Source: Microcystis aeruginosa NIES-2549 (GTDB taxonomy: Bacteria > Cyanobacteriota > Cyanobacteriia > Cyanobacteriales > Microcystaceae). Taken from it: a stretch of DNA of 32,000 nt. Below the pieces are notes generated by a model, which had not been told where the DNA came from, searched no databases, and saw only the letters and a list, made by a program, of their open reading frames with translations. Each line of letters opens with the position of its first letter. Position 1 is the stretch's first letter. This document shows, piece after piece, positions 17,346 through 25,760 of the stretch. The DNA lies in NCBI RefSeq assembly GCF_000981785.2, contig NZ_CP011304.1, positions 1,920,001-1,952,000 on the forward strand, read 5' to 3'. A program made the translations under genes and the position numbers.

Positions 17346-17816
17346 TCAGCCATAGAAATCTTCGTCAAGAATCTGTTCTAAGGAAAAAGGGCAGTCTAAG
17401 GGATATGCTTCCTCTGGAGGAATCGCAATTCCAAAGTCAGCCAATTTACTTTCCTTGATGGCAATTTTGCGACCTTTAGGATAGGTTTTATCGATGGCGA
17501 TTGCTAAATGAGATTTCAAAGAAGGGGTGTTTTCTAGTAAGGCGACAACTCGTTCCCTGTGTTCGACAATGGAGCTATACCAGCTAGATTTCATGCTTTC
17601 AGGGGCGGAGGATTGTACTTTTAATTTCAGTAAATGAGCCAGCAAAATCATTAAATTTCCTTCCAAGGCATTTTTATCTGATTTACCCAATTCTTTTAAC
17701 TCCTCAACCAAATGAGATACATCTAATGCCTGAAAATCTCCTTGTTCCAACTGACCTATTGTTGTTATCAGCCATAATTGAAAATCTTGTTCATAGAGTT
17801 CTGATTTAGTTATCAT
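17346..17816 (-). CDS. DUF29 family protein
   Basis: 156 aa. The N-terminus ..LYEQDFQLWL..LEQGDFQALDVSHLVEELKELGKSDKNALEGNLMILLAHLLK.. matches the DUF29 pattern common in cyanobacteria (from memory). Confidence 0.8.
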   Translation of the reverse strand: MITKSELYEQDFQLWLITTIGQLEQGDFQALDVSHLVEELKELGKSDKNALEGNLMILLAHLLKLKVQSSAPESMKSSWYSSIVEHRERVVALLENTPSLKSHLAIAIDKTYPKGRKIAIKESKLADFGIAIPPEEAYPLDCPFSLEQILDEDFYG

Positions 17817-17994
17817 AATTGCTTCGATAATAGTTAATCTAGACTGAATTATACTCTATTTTGCAGATTTCGGATGTTTCTAGTGGTAAATGTTAAGTTT
17901 TATTACAGGATCTAACATCTGCGCCTATGCCCTATTCCCTTATCCTTAGGATAAGCGGTTAAAATACATCTTAGCTTAAGGACTAGAGAATATT

Positions 17995-19053
17995 ATGAGA
18001 CTAGAAAAAGAAGATTTTGATTGGGCAGTACAACAAAACCTAATTACTGCCAGCCAAGCTGAAAATTTATGGACAGCTTTTTTGTCCCGTTATCCCCAGG
18101 AAGATGAAGTTAATCGCCCTCGCTTTAATTTTGCTAATGTGGCCTATTATTTTGGGGCATTAATTGTTATCTCTGCCCTGGGGTGGTTTATGAATGAAGC
18201 TTGGGAGAGTTTCGGTGGTGCAGGACTATTTTTTATCGCCCTGTTTTATGCAATTTGTTTTATTTTCACCGGTAAAAATCTCTATTTTCAGCAAAATCTC
18301 AAAATCCCCGGCGGTCTTTTATTTACCATGGCAGTGGCAATGACTCCCTTAGCAATCTATGGTTTACAACGCTGGACAGGATACTGGCAAGCCGGATATC
18401 CTGGCATCTATCGAGATTTCCATACATGGATTAAAGGCAGTTGGTTTTTAATGGAATTAGGCACGATTATCGCGGGATTAATAACTTTGCGATTTGTTAA
18501 ATTTCCTTTTTTAACTGCACCGATCGCCTTTAGTCTGTGGTATATGTCAATGGACTTAACTCCTTTACTATTTGGGGAGAACGAATATACATGGAGACTG
18601 CGACTGTGGGTATCCTTTTGGTTTGGAATTGCCTGTTTAATAACTGCCTATTTAATTGATGTACGTCAGCGCCGTAGTCGGGGTGATTTTGCTTTTTGGC
18701 TGTACCTATTCGGATTGATTATGTTTTGGTTTAGTCTATCTCTCCTCATCGATGATAATGAAGCGCAACGATTTTTGTACTGTCTAATTAACTTGGGATT
18801 GATGTTATTATCCGTCCTGCTAAAAAGAAGATTATTTGTAGTTTTCGGAGGTGTCGGAGTATTTGCCTATCTTTCCTATCTCTCCTATCGTATCTTTGCC
18901 GATTCAATTTTCTTTCCCTTTGCCCTAACCGTCCTAGGACTTGGTATTATCTATATGGGAGTTTTGTATCAGCGTCATTACCAAACCCTGGCTAGATTTA
19001 TTGAAAGTTATATCCCTCTCGAATGGCGCAATTTATTCCCCAAAGATCGATAA
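17995..19053 (+). CDS. Polytopic inner-membrane protein (about 10 TM helices; short soluble N-terminus, possibly DUF2157-like)
   Basis: 352 aa. A ~45-aa N-terminal soluble segment (..FDWAVQQNLITASQAENLW..) is followed by about ten hydrophobic ~20-aa stretches. No catalytic motif recognised. Confidence 0.7.
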   Translation: MRLEKEDFDWAVQQNLITASQAENLWTAFLSRYPQEDEVNRPRFNFANVAYYFGALIVISALGWFMNEAWESFGGAGLFFIALFYAICFIFTGKNLYFQQNLKIPGGLLFTMAVAMTPLAIYGLQRWTGYWQAGYPGIYRDFHTWIKGSWFLMELGTIIAGLITLRFVKFPFLTAPIAFSLWYMSMDLTPLLFGENEYTWRLRLWVSFWFGIACLITAYLIDVRQRRSRGDFAFWLYLFGLIMFWFSLSLLIDDNEAQRFLYCLINLGLMLLSVLLKRRLFVVFGGVGVFAYLSYLSYRIFADSIFFPFALTVLGLGIIYMGVLYQRHYQTLARFIESYIPLEWRNLFPKDR

Positions 19054-19064
19054 TTAGGAGAAAT

Positions 19065-19093
19065 GGGGATATGGGGAGATAGGGGAAATGGGG
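19065..19093 (+). other. Canonical G-quadruplex-forming motif G4-ATAT-G4-AGATA-G4-AAAT-G4
   Basis: Four GGGG tracts with 4-5-nt loops, read directly. Confidence 0.7.
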
Positions 19094-19109
19094 AGATTCA
19101 ACTAAAAAA

Positions 19110-19136
19110 CCCCAAAACCCCAAAACCCCAAAACCC
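19110..19136 (+). repeat. (CCCCAAAA) x3 plus CCC tandem octamer tract
   Basis: C4A4C4A4C4A4C3, read directly. The minus strand is (T4G4)n. Confidence 0.9.
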
Positions 19137-19157
19137 AACACCATCTTTTTTACTTTT

Positions 19158-19838
19158 ATGAAAATACTTATCGTTGACGATGAAAAAGAATTAACCGAAC
19201 CCTTAGAACAAATTCTTGCTCAAGAAGGCTATGAAGTTGATATTGCTGATAATGGTCGGACGGGGTTAGAATTGGCACGAGAGAATAATTATGACCTCTT
19301 AATTCTCGATTGGATGTTACCCCAGCAATCCGGATTACAAATCTGTCAATATTTACGGGATCAGGGGGACACCACTCCCGTTTTATTTCTAACCGCTAAG
19401 GATACCATAGACGATCGAGTGGCGGGATTAGATGCCGGTGCTGATGATTATTTAGTCAAACCCTTTCAACTGCGAGAATTATTAGCGAGAGTCCGTGCTT
19501 TATTGCGTCGTTCTCCCAATTTTGAAGCTAGTAATAGCAGTAAATTAAAATGTGCTGATTTAGAACTCGATAGCGAAAATCAATTGGCCTATCGTCACGG
19601 TCGCACGATTAGTTTATCAGCAAAAGAAGTACAATTGTTGACTTTATTTATGACCCATCCCGGGCAACTTCTCACCCATGAACAAATTTATCAGCATCTC
19701 TGGTCAGAAGGAGAGCAACCTAATAGCAATGTAGTTGCTGCCCTCATGCGCTTGCTGCGTCGTAAAATCGAAGCGGCTGGAGAAACACCTCTAATTAATA
19801 CTGTCTATGGGAAAGGCTACCGTTTCGGGGAAAATTAG
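19158..19838 (+). CDS. OmpR/PhoB-family DNA-binding response regulator
   Basis: 226 aa. Receiver (MKILIVDDE.., acceptor LLILDWMLP, ..LTAKD.., ..ADDYLVKPF..) plus a winged-helix output domain (..LTHEQIYQHLW.. ..VYGKGYRF). Confidence 0.93.
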   Translation: MKILIVDDEKELTEPLEQILAQEGYEVDIADNGRTGLELARENNYDLLILDWMLPQQSGLQICQYLRDQGDTTPVLFLTAKDTIDDRVAGLDAGADDYLVKPFQLRELLARVRALLRRSPNFEASNSSKLKCADLELDSENQLAYRHGRTISLSAKEVQLLTLFMTHPGQLLTHEQIYQHLWSEGEQPNSNVVAALMRLLRRKIEAAGETPLINTVYGKGYRFGEN

Positions 19839-19860
19839 GGAATGCTGAAAGATAATGAGA

Positions 19861-20014
19861 ATAAGTAACTGGTTATAATTAAATTAAAAATGGATTTTAG
19901 GTTCGATCCCCCTTGCCCCCCTTAATAAGGGGGATGCCGATCCCCCCTTAGTCCCCCCTTAATCCCCCCTTAATAAGGGGGGTGTCTGATAATTTTTAAC
20001 GCCTACCTACTTAG
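19861..20014 (+). mobile_element. MITE-like element, full copy
   Basis: It runs from ataagtaactggttataatt... to ...cgcctacctacttag and has two ccccccttaataagggggg-type hairpins. It sits between the OmpR-type RR gene and recN. Confidence 0.7.
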
Positions 20015-20015
20015 C

Positions 20016-20036
20016 AACTGATTACTGATTACTGAT
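20016..20036 (+). repeat. Heptamer array AACTGAT TACTGAT TACTGAT
   Basis: It starts 1 nt after the MITE end and ends 2 nt before the recN ATG (20039). Confidence 0.9.
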
Positions 20037-20038
20037 AT

Positions 20039-21793
20039 ATGTTATCCTGCCTACAAATTGAAAATTTTACCCTCATCGATCGCCTAGAATTAACTTTCGG
20101 GAGCGGATTAAATGTACTGACCGGTGAGACGGGGGCAGGAAAATCAATTATATTAGATGCGATCGATATTGTTCTCGGTGGTAAAGTCAATCATCGCGTC
20201 ATCCGTCAGGGAAGCCAACAATCAACCCTAGAAGCGACTTTTTCTCTAACTCCAGAATTAATTGCTTGGCTAGAAAGTCAGGAAATTGACCTATTAGAGG
20301 ATAATAGTCTGACCATCAGCCGGGAATTAGTGATTACTAATAATTCCTTGCGTTCTCGTTCTCGGATTAACGGAGTCGTCGCTAATCGCCAACAAATGGC
20401 GCAAATAAGAGATTTTTTGGTAGAAATCACCGCCCAAGGTCAAACAGTTCAGTTAATGGACGCTAATCGACAGAGGGAATTATTAGATCTCTACGGGGGT
20501 GAGTCGCTGCTGCTGCAGCGGGAAAAAGTAGCCACAGCCTACCTTAACTGGCAAGAAAGCAAGAATATTTTAAATAATAGGTTGCAATCGGAACAAAATC
20601 GCCTACAGAGATTAGATTTATTAGAATATCAACTAAAAGAACTAGAATCAGCTAATTTAACTGACGCTGACGAGTTGGAACAGTTGGAACAGGAAAGAAA
20701 TCGACTCTCCCACGCTGTCGATTTGCAAAATTCCAGCTATCAAGTCTATCAACTCCTCTACCAAAATGATCGCGATCAACCGGCCGTCGCTGATTTGTTA
20801 GGAAAAGCTGAAAATATCTTGACAAATATGATGGTTTATGATAGCAGTTTAGAGCCAATTTTAGAGATGGTGCGATCGGCATTAAATCAGGTAGTGGAAG
20901 CGGGACAGGAAATCAACGTTTATGGGGATAGTCTAGAGGCAGATCCCGAGAGATTGAACGAGATAGAAGAGAGAATTGTCCAACTTAAGCGCATTTGTCG
21001 CAAGTATGGCCCAAGTTTAGCCGAAGCACTCGATTATTATCAGAAATTACAGCAGGAATTAGCGGAGTTGACGGGAGAAGGACAATCCATTGAAGAATTA
21101 GAAAAAATTTGTCAGCAACAGGAAAACATCTATCGAGAAACTAGCACCCAGTTAACCTTTTTGCGACAAGAAACCGCTAGTCAACTAGAAAAACAATTGG
21201 TACAGGAATTAAAACCTTTAGCCATGGAAAAGGTGATTTTTGTCTGTCGGATTGACCCGGGTAATCCTAGCAGTCTGGGAGTCGATCAGGTGGTATTTTA
21301 TTTTAGTCCCAATCCGGGGGAAAAAATCCAACCTTTATCCAGTACCGCTTCCGGAGGAGAAATGAGTCGTTTTCTCCTAGCATTAAAGTCCTGTTTTTCC
21401 CAATCCCAATCGGCAGCGGCAACCCTAATTTTTGACGAAATTGACGCGGGAGTATCGGGAAAAGTTGCCCAGGCAATTGCCGATAAATTAGATCAATTAG
21501 GTCAACAATATCAAGTTTTATGCGTTACTCATCAACCCTTAGTGGCTGCTTTAGCTGATCACCATTTTCGGGTTTATAAACAAATGATTGCCGAAGATAA
21601 TTCCACTAATCTCTCGGAAATTCGCACGGTTGTCCGGGTTACTTCTCTCGATAATCGTCAGACGAGAAGGGAAGAATTGGCACAATTAACGGGAGGAAAT
21701 TCGGCAGCGGATGCCCTCGCTTTTGCCGAGTCTTTATTGGAGAAAGCGGCTGCTAAAAAACCGCAGGATTTAACCTTGAAATTGACTGATTAA
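20039..21793 (+). CDS. recN: DNA repair protein RecN (SMC-like ATPase)
   Basis: 584 aa with Walker A LTGETGAGKSI, a long central coiled coil, the signature ..ASGGEMSR.. and Walker B ..LIFDEIDAG.. . Confidence 0.95.
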   Translation: MLSCLQIENFTLIDRLELTFGSGLNVLTGETGAGKSIILDAIDIVLGGKVNHRVIRQGSQQSTLEATFSLTPELIAWLESQEIDLLEDNSLTISRELVITNNSLRSRSRINGVVANRQQMAQIRDFLVEITAQGQTVQLMDANRQRELLDLYGGESLLLQREKVATAYLNWQESKNILNNRLQSEQNRLQRLDLLEYQLKELESANLTDADELEQLEQERNRLSHAVDLQNSSYQVYQLLYQNDRDQPAVADLLGKAENILTNMMVYDSSLEPILEMVRSALNQVVEAGQEINVYGDSLEADPERLNEIEERIVQLKRICRKYGPSLAEALDYYQKLQQELAELTGEGQSIEELEKICQQQENIYRETSTQLTFLRQETASQLEKQLVQELKPLAMEKVIFVCRIDPGNPSSLGVDQVVFYFSPNPGEKIQPLSSTASGGEMSRFLLALKSCFSQSQSAAATLIFDEIDAGVSGKVAQAIADKLDQLGQQYQVLCVTHQPLVAALADHHFRVYKQMIAEDNSTNLSEIRTVVRVTSLDNRQTRREELAQLTGGNSAADALAFAESLLEKAAAKKPQDLTLKLTD

Positions 21794-22411
21794 CCAACGT
21801 CCCACCTGACTTTGATCTCTGGTGCGTGCCTGTTGTAAAGCTGACTCTAAAACCGCAAGTTTTAAATTAGGTAAAACCTTTGATATATCAATTCTTTTGC
21901 TACCTCGATCGATTATTTCAAAAGCGAATATTTGGGGATAATCGACGTTAACACTCCAGTATTCACTAACCCCTAATTCTTCATAGAGTAAGCGTTTATT
22001 ACCTAAGTCATCATTAAGGGTAGATTTTGAGATTTCAATGACTAAATCTGGTGGGGGATACTGATTTAAATCAATCAGCGAAGTACCGTAGGGAATCAGA
22101 TTAGCTTTTTCTGCAAAATAATAAGATATATCCGGTTGGAATTCTCGATAACCAGACTTGCGAAAACTGCAATTATCCTTGGCATTAAAGGCCAGATTTT
22201 TTAGGGTAGCATAGAGACTAACAGCGAAGATCAAAATAGCATGATCGCTGGCATGATCGTTACCAATAGGAGTCATTTCTAATCGATAATAGCCATTGTA
22301 ATAATAACTTTTTCCTTGATTCTCTGGGAGGTGGTTAATTGCTGCTAAGTATTCTTCCCAACTACCTCTAATCCATCGGTCAGTTATCCCCCTAGTTTCT
22401 AGCTGTTGCAT
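21770..22411 (-). CDS. Uma2 (DUF820) family putative restriction-endonuclease-like protein
   Basis: ..EEYL.. ..YRLEMTPIGNDHASDHAIL.. ..FQPDISYY.. ..PDLVIEISKST.. ..KRLLYEELGVSEYW.. is the PD-(D/E)xK Uma2 pattern. The listed ORF extends to 22540, but ATG 22411 (MQQLETRG..) removes the overlap with the divergent gene. Confidence 0.85.
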   Translation of the reverse strand: MQQLETRGITDRWIRGSWEEYLAAINHLPENQGKSYYYNGYYRLEMTPIGNDHASDHAILIFAVSLYATLKNLAFNAKDNCSFRKSGYREFQPDISYYFAEKANLIPYGTSLIDLNQYPPPDLVIEISKSTLNDDLGNKRLLYEELGVSEYWSVNVDYPQIFAFEIIDRGSKRIDISKVLPNLKLAVLESALQQARTRDQSQVGRWLISQFQG

Positions 22412-22532
22412 AGTTATCCTATCCCCCTTTGAACTTTTTCTGTAATTATAGCAATTATCGACAAAATCAGAACCAAGGAACCGAGCAAGTATAATGATAG
22501 AATAGATTAATCGAGGAAAAATTAGCCCAATT

Positions 22533-23726
22533 ATGACCACAACTTATGATTATATAATTATCGGTGGTGGTATCACCGGTTCCGCCTTAAGCTATGAACT
22601 AGCCAACCTAGGCAGTCGAGTCCTCTTATTAGAAAAAGAAACCCATCCCCTCAACGCCACTTTCTACAGTTACGGGGGTTTAGCCTATTGGTCGGCTACC
22701 ACAGAAATCGAGAGAAAATTATATCAAGAAGGTCGAGAAATTCAGCGCAATTTATCCCAAGAATTGGGCATAGATAACGAATACCGGGACATAGACTTAA
22801 TTCTCACCGTTAACCCCGAAGATGATCCGGTCACTGTGGCCGAAAAATTTGCTATCTTTGCTATTACCCCCGAAATTCTCGATCCGCAAGCAGCGATCGC
22901 TTTAGAACCTCTATTAAATCCCGCAGCTATTTCGGGAGTTTTACGACTGCCCCACGGTCACATTAACGCCGAAAAAACTAATCTTGCCTATCAACAAGCT
23001 TTTCTGCGTCTGGGAGGCAAGATTATTCGGGAAGCTGTCATCGAATTAATTGAAACTGCATCGAGAATTACCGGCGTAAAAACTCCTAAAAATAATTATC
23101 ATGCCGGGGAAACTATCGTTTGTGCGGGGGGATTAACCCGGTCTTTACTGCAAAAATCTGGTATTGCTGCTCCCGTCTATTTTACCCATGCCCAGGTGAT
23201 CAAAATTCCCCCCAGCGAAATCAAATTAAACACCCTAGTTATGCCTGCAATTCCTGCCAGATTGGTATTAGAGCAAAAAATCACCCAACTAGAAAATCAG
23301 GGCATTTGGCAGAGAGAAACCCCAGAAATAATTGCCAGTGTTTTAGAAACGGGGGCGGTACAATTCCGGGATCAAAGCCTTTATCTAGGGCAAATTAGCG
23401 CCATTATCACCGATCCAGGTGCGATTTTAAACCCTCTGGCGGGGGAAAAAGCAATACGCACCGCCGTGGGGACATTGCTGCCCTCTTTAGCCTCTCTCCC
23501 CGGAAGTTGTCATCATTGCCTAGTGGCCTTTGCCCCCTCGGGACGGGCCCTAGTGGGAGCGATCGCCGATAAACTGGGATTGCAGGTATTTTCTGGCTTT
23601 ACCAGTACAATTGTATCGGCTCCGCCCCTGGCCCGACGTTTTGCGCGTCATCTGCTGGGGGAAAATGACGAGATAATTACTAATTTACAAAAGTTAAGAG
23701 AGAAATTAACTGATGGTTGCAATTAA
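22533..23726 (+). CDS. FAD-dependent oxidoreductase (DAO/glycine-oxidase-like fold)
   Basis: 397 aa. The N-terminal dinucleotide-binding motif YDYIIIGGGITGSALSYELA..LLLEKE identifies the fold. Substrate unknown. Confidence 0.8.
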   Translation: MTTTYDYIIIGGGITGSALSYELANLGSRVLLLEKETHPLNATFYSYGGLAYWSATTEIERKLYQEGREIQRNLSQELGIDNEYRDIDLILTVNPEDDPVTVAEKFAIFAITPEILDPQAAIALEPLLNPAAISGVLRLPHGHINAEKTNLAYQQAFLRLGGKIIREAVIELIETASRITGVKTPKNNYHAGETIVCAGGLTRSLLQKSGIAAPVYFTHAQVIKIPPSEIKLNTLVMPAIPARLVLEQKITQLENQGIWQRETPEIIASVLETGAVQFRDQSLYLGQISAIITDPGAILNPLAGEKAIRTAVGTLLPSLASLPGSCHHCLVAFAPSGRALVGAIADKLGLQVFSGFTSTIVSAPPLARRFARHLLGENDEIITNLQKLREKLTDGCN

Positions 23727-23728
23727 TC

Positions 23729-24004
23729 CTAATCGACTTTTTCCAACTGCCAAAGAATTTGGTTTCCCTCCCGTCTGACCCGGGAGATTACCCAATTTCG
23801 CCACGGCCAATGGTCGCCGCGACTGGTAACGGCCCCTGGATTAATATCCATTAAATCGGCCACTTCGGCGCTGGTAATCAAATAACCGCGATTGGCCACT
23901 TCATCGGCAATGCGTAGGGTTTCGATGAGATTTCTTAGCTGGTCAACTCTTTCTCCCCGGGGTAATTGGATTTCATCGCCAGCGCTATTAGGTGGTTCAT
24001 TCAT
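23729..24004 (-). CDS. Hypothetical protein (91 aa from ATG 24004)
   Basis: ORF with balanced composition (..VDQLRNLIETLRIADEVANRGYLITSAEVADLM..). No family recognised. The longer 111-aa version begins with an implausible hydrophobic extension. Confidence 0.5.
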   Translation of the reverse strand: MNEPPNSAGDEIQLPRGERVDQLRNLIETLRIADEVANRGYLITSAEVADLMDINPGAVTSRGDHWPWRNWVISRVRREGNQILWQLEKVD

Positions 24005-24224
24005 GGTGATGGTCTGGTCAAAGTTGATTAACAATAAAAATTGTCGGTTGAGGCAAACAATCAAGCTTCCCCTATCGTTATTCTATCGATTTCAACAATA
24101 ATAGTCCTCATCAAAACAGTCCTATCTCCTCGAATCTTACCGTCACATCTTTACTAAAACCCTAAAAACCCCTTGACAAAAAACACAAAATATAGTAGGG
24201 AAATCAGGGAAAGTGGTTAGCGGT

Positions 24225-24273
24225 TACTGATAACTGATCACTGATAACTGATAACTGATCACTGATAACTGCT
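24225..24273 (+). repeat. Heptamer array, 7 units ((T/A/C)ACTGAT)
   Basis: tactgat aactgat cactgat aactgat aactgat cactgat aactgct. It ends 44 nt upstream of the cysS ATG. Confidence 0.93.
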
Positions 24274-24317
24274 ATAAAATTGGACTAGCCTTTTTCCCCA
24301 GAAAAAAATCCCCATCC

Positions 24318-25760
24318 ATGACCTTAATCCTCTACAACACCCTCAGTCGTCGCGAAGAACCCTTTACCCCCCTCATCCCCGGCATTGTCTCCATGTATTG
24401 CTGCGGCATTACCGTCTATGATTATTGCCATTTGGGTCATGCGCGTACCTGTGTGGTTTGGGATGTGGTGCGGCGTTATTTAGAGTATCTCGGCTATAAA
24501 GTGCGCTATATTCAGAATTTCACCGATATTGACGATAAAATTCTCAATCGGGCTAAAAATGAACATACCACCATGGCAGCCGTAGCCGAGAAATTTATCC
24601 AGGCCTACTTTGAGGATATGGCAAAATTAGGAGTCAGACCGGCGGACGCTTATCCCCGGGCCACTCATACCCTCGACGGCATCAAGCGCCTAGTCTATGA
24701 ATTAGAACAAAAAGGCTATGCCTACCCCAGCGATGGCGATGTTTACTATTCCGTCCGTCGTTTTTCCGATTATGGCAAACTATCAGGGCGAAAACTGGAT
24801 GATTTGCAAGCCGGGGCCAGCGGCCGGGTAGAAACCGACGACCCGGAAGCAATTAAAAAACAAGACCCCTTTGATTTTGCCCTCTGGAAAGGGGCAAAAC
24901 CGGGGGAACCTAGTTGGGATTCTCCCTGGGGCCAAGGTCGTCCGGGGTGGCATATTGAATGTTCGGCCATGGTCAAAGAACAATTGGGAGAAACTATCGA
25001 TATTCATGTGGGGGGAAGTGATCTAATTTTTCCCCACCACGAAAACGAAATTGCCCAAAGTGAAGCGGCTACGGGTAAACCTCTGGCCCAATATTGGTTA
25101 CATAATGGCATGGTTAAGGTGGCAGGGGAAAAAATGTCAAAATCCCTCGGTAATTTCATCACTATTCGCGAGTTATTGGCAAAATATGACCCCTTAGCCG
25201 TGAGATTATTAATTTTAGGCGCCCAATACCGCAAACCGATTGATTTTTCTGATGAGGGATTGCAGGCGGCCACTAATGGCTGGCATACTTTACAAGAGGG
25301 TTTATCCTTTGGTTATAAGCATCTTCAGCAAGATAATCCCGCAATTACCGACCAAGAGCTAGAAAATCGCTTTCAAGAGGCGGTAAATCACGATTTTAAC
25401 TTTGCCGGTGGTTTAGCGGTGTTATTTGAAATCGCTAAGGAATTACGCAAGGAGGGTAATAATTTAACCCATGCGGGTAAGACAGACAGCAATCTCGCCC
25501 AATTAGCGGTAAAATGGCATACTTTGGTGAAATTGTCTAGGGTTTTGGGCTTAGAAATGGCCGCTGACCAGGGAGAAACCCCTGTTTCTGAGGGAATTAG
25601 TGCAGCGGATATCGAAAATCTGATCCAACAACGGACAGAGGCGAAAAAAGCGAAAAATTACGCCGAAAGCGATCGCATTCGCGCAGAATTAAAAGCCCAA
25701 GGCATTAGTTTAATCGACCAACCCGGGGGAGTGACTAAATGGTTAAGAGAGGGAGACTAG
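24318..25760 (+). CDS. cysS: Cysteine--tRNA ligase (class I)
   Basis: 480 aa with the HIGH-type motif ..CGITVYDYCHLGHAR.. and KMSKS (..GEKMSKSLGNF..). Confidence 0.95.
   Translation: MTLILYNTLSRREEPFTPLIPGIVSMYCCGITVYDYCHLGHARTCVVWDVVRRYLEYLGYKVRYIQNFTDIDDKILNRAKNEHTTMAAVAEKFIQAYFEDMAKLGVRPADAYPRATHTLDGIKRLVYELEQKGYAYPSDGDVYYSVRRFSDYGKLSGRKLDDLQAGASGRVETDDPEAIKKQDPFDFALWKGAKPGEPSWDSPWGQGRPGWHIECSAMVKEQLGETIDIHVGGSDLIFPHHENEIAQSEAATGKPLAQYWLHNGMVKVAGEKMSKSLGNFITIRELLAKYDPLAVRLLILGAQYRKPIDFSDEGLQAATNGWHTLQEGLSFGYKHLQQDNPAITDQELENRFQEAVNHDFNFAGGLAVLFEIAKELRKEGNNLTHAGKTDSNLAQLAVKWHTLVKLSRVLGLEMAADQGETPVSEGISAADIENLIQQRTEAKKAKNYAESDRIRAELKAQGISLIDQPGGVTKWLREGD

Noticed and set aside
17237-17353. 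38-codon minus-strand ORF whose ATG overlaps the DUF29 stop (tATGgcTGA)
   Set aside because: It is short, basic and low-complexity with no recognisable family. The overlap could arise by chance and cannot be supported from sequence alone.
16730-19157. Accessory island (PEP-CTERM, DUF29, membrane protein, RR) as a defence or secretion system
   Set aside because: There is no nuclease/ATPase/methylase pair, exosortase, integrase or toxin-antitoxin signature. The genes are in mixed orientation with large gaps, so evidence is insufficient to propose a system.
19888-19906. tRNA-like T-arm sequence (aggttcgatcccc) inside the MITE
   Set aside because: There is no matching 5' stem strand, and no acceptor, D or anticodon arm around it. 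No tRNA cloverleaf can be drawn. It may only hint at a distant tRNA-derived origin.
22412-22540. N-terminal extension of the Uma2 ORF (and similarly 24005-24064 for the 111-aa ORF)
   Set aside because: The extensions are hydrophobic and low-complexity. One overlaps the divergent FAD-oxidoreductase start. Internal ATGs give proteins that begin where the conserved sequence begins.
24173-24196. TTGACA ... TATAGT promoter upstream of cysS
   Set aside because: The spacer is only 12 nt (24179-24190), which is incompatible with a sigma70-type -35/-10 pair. It is not reported as a promoter.
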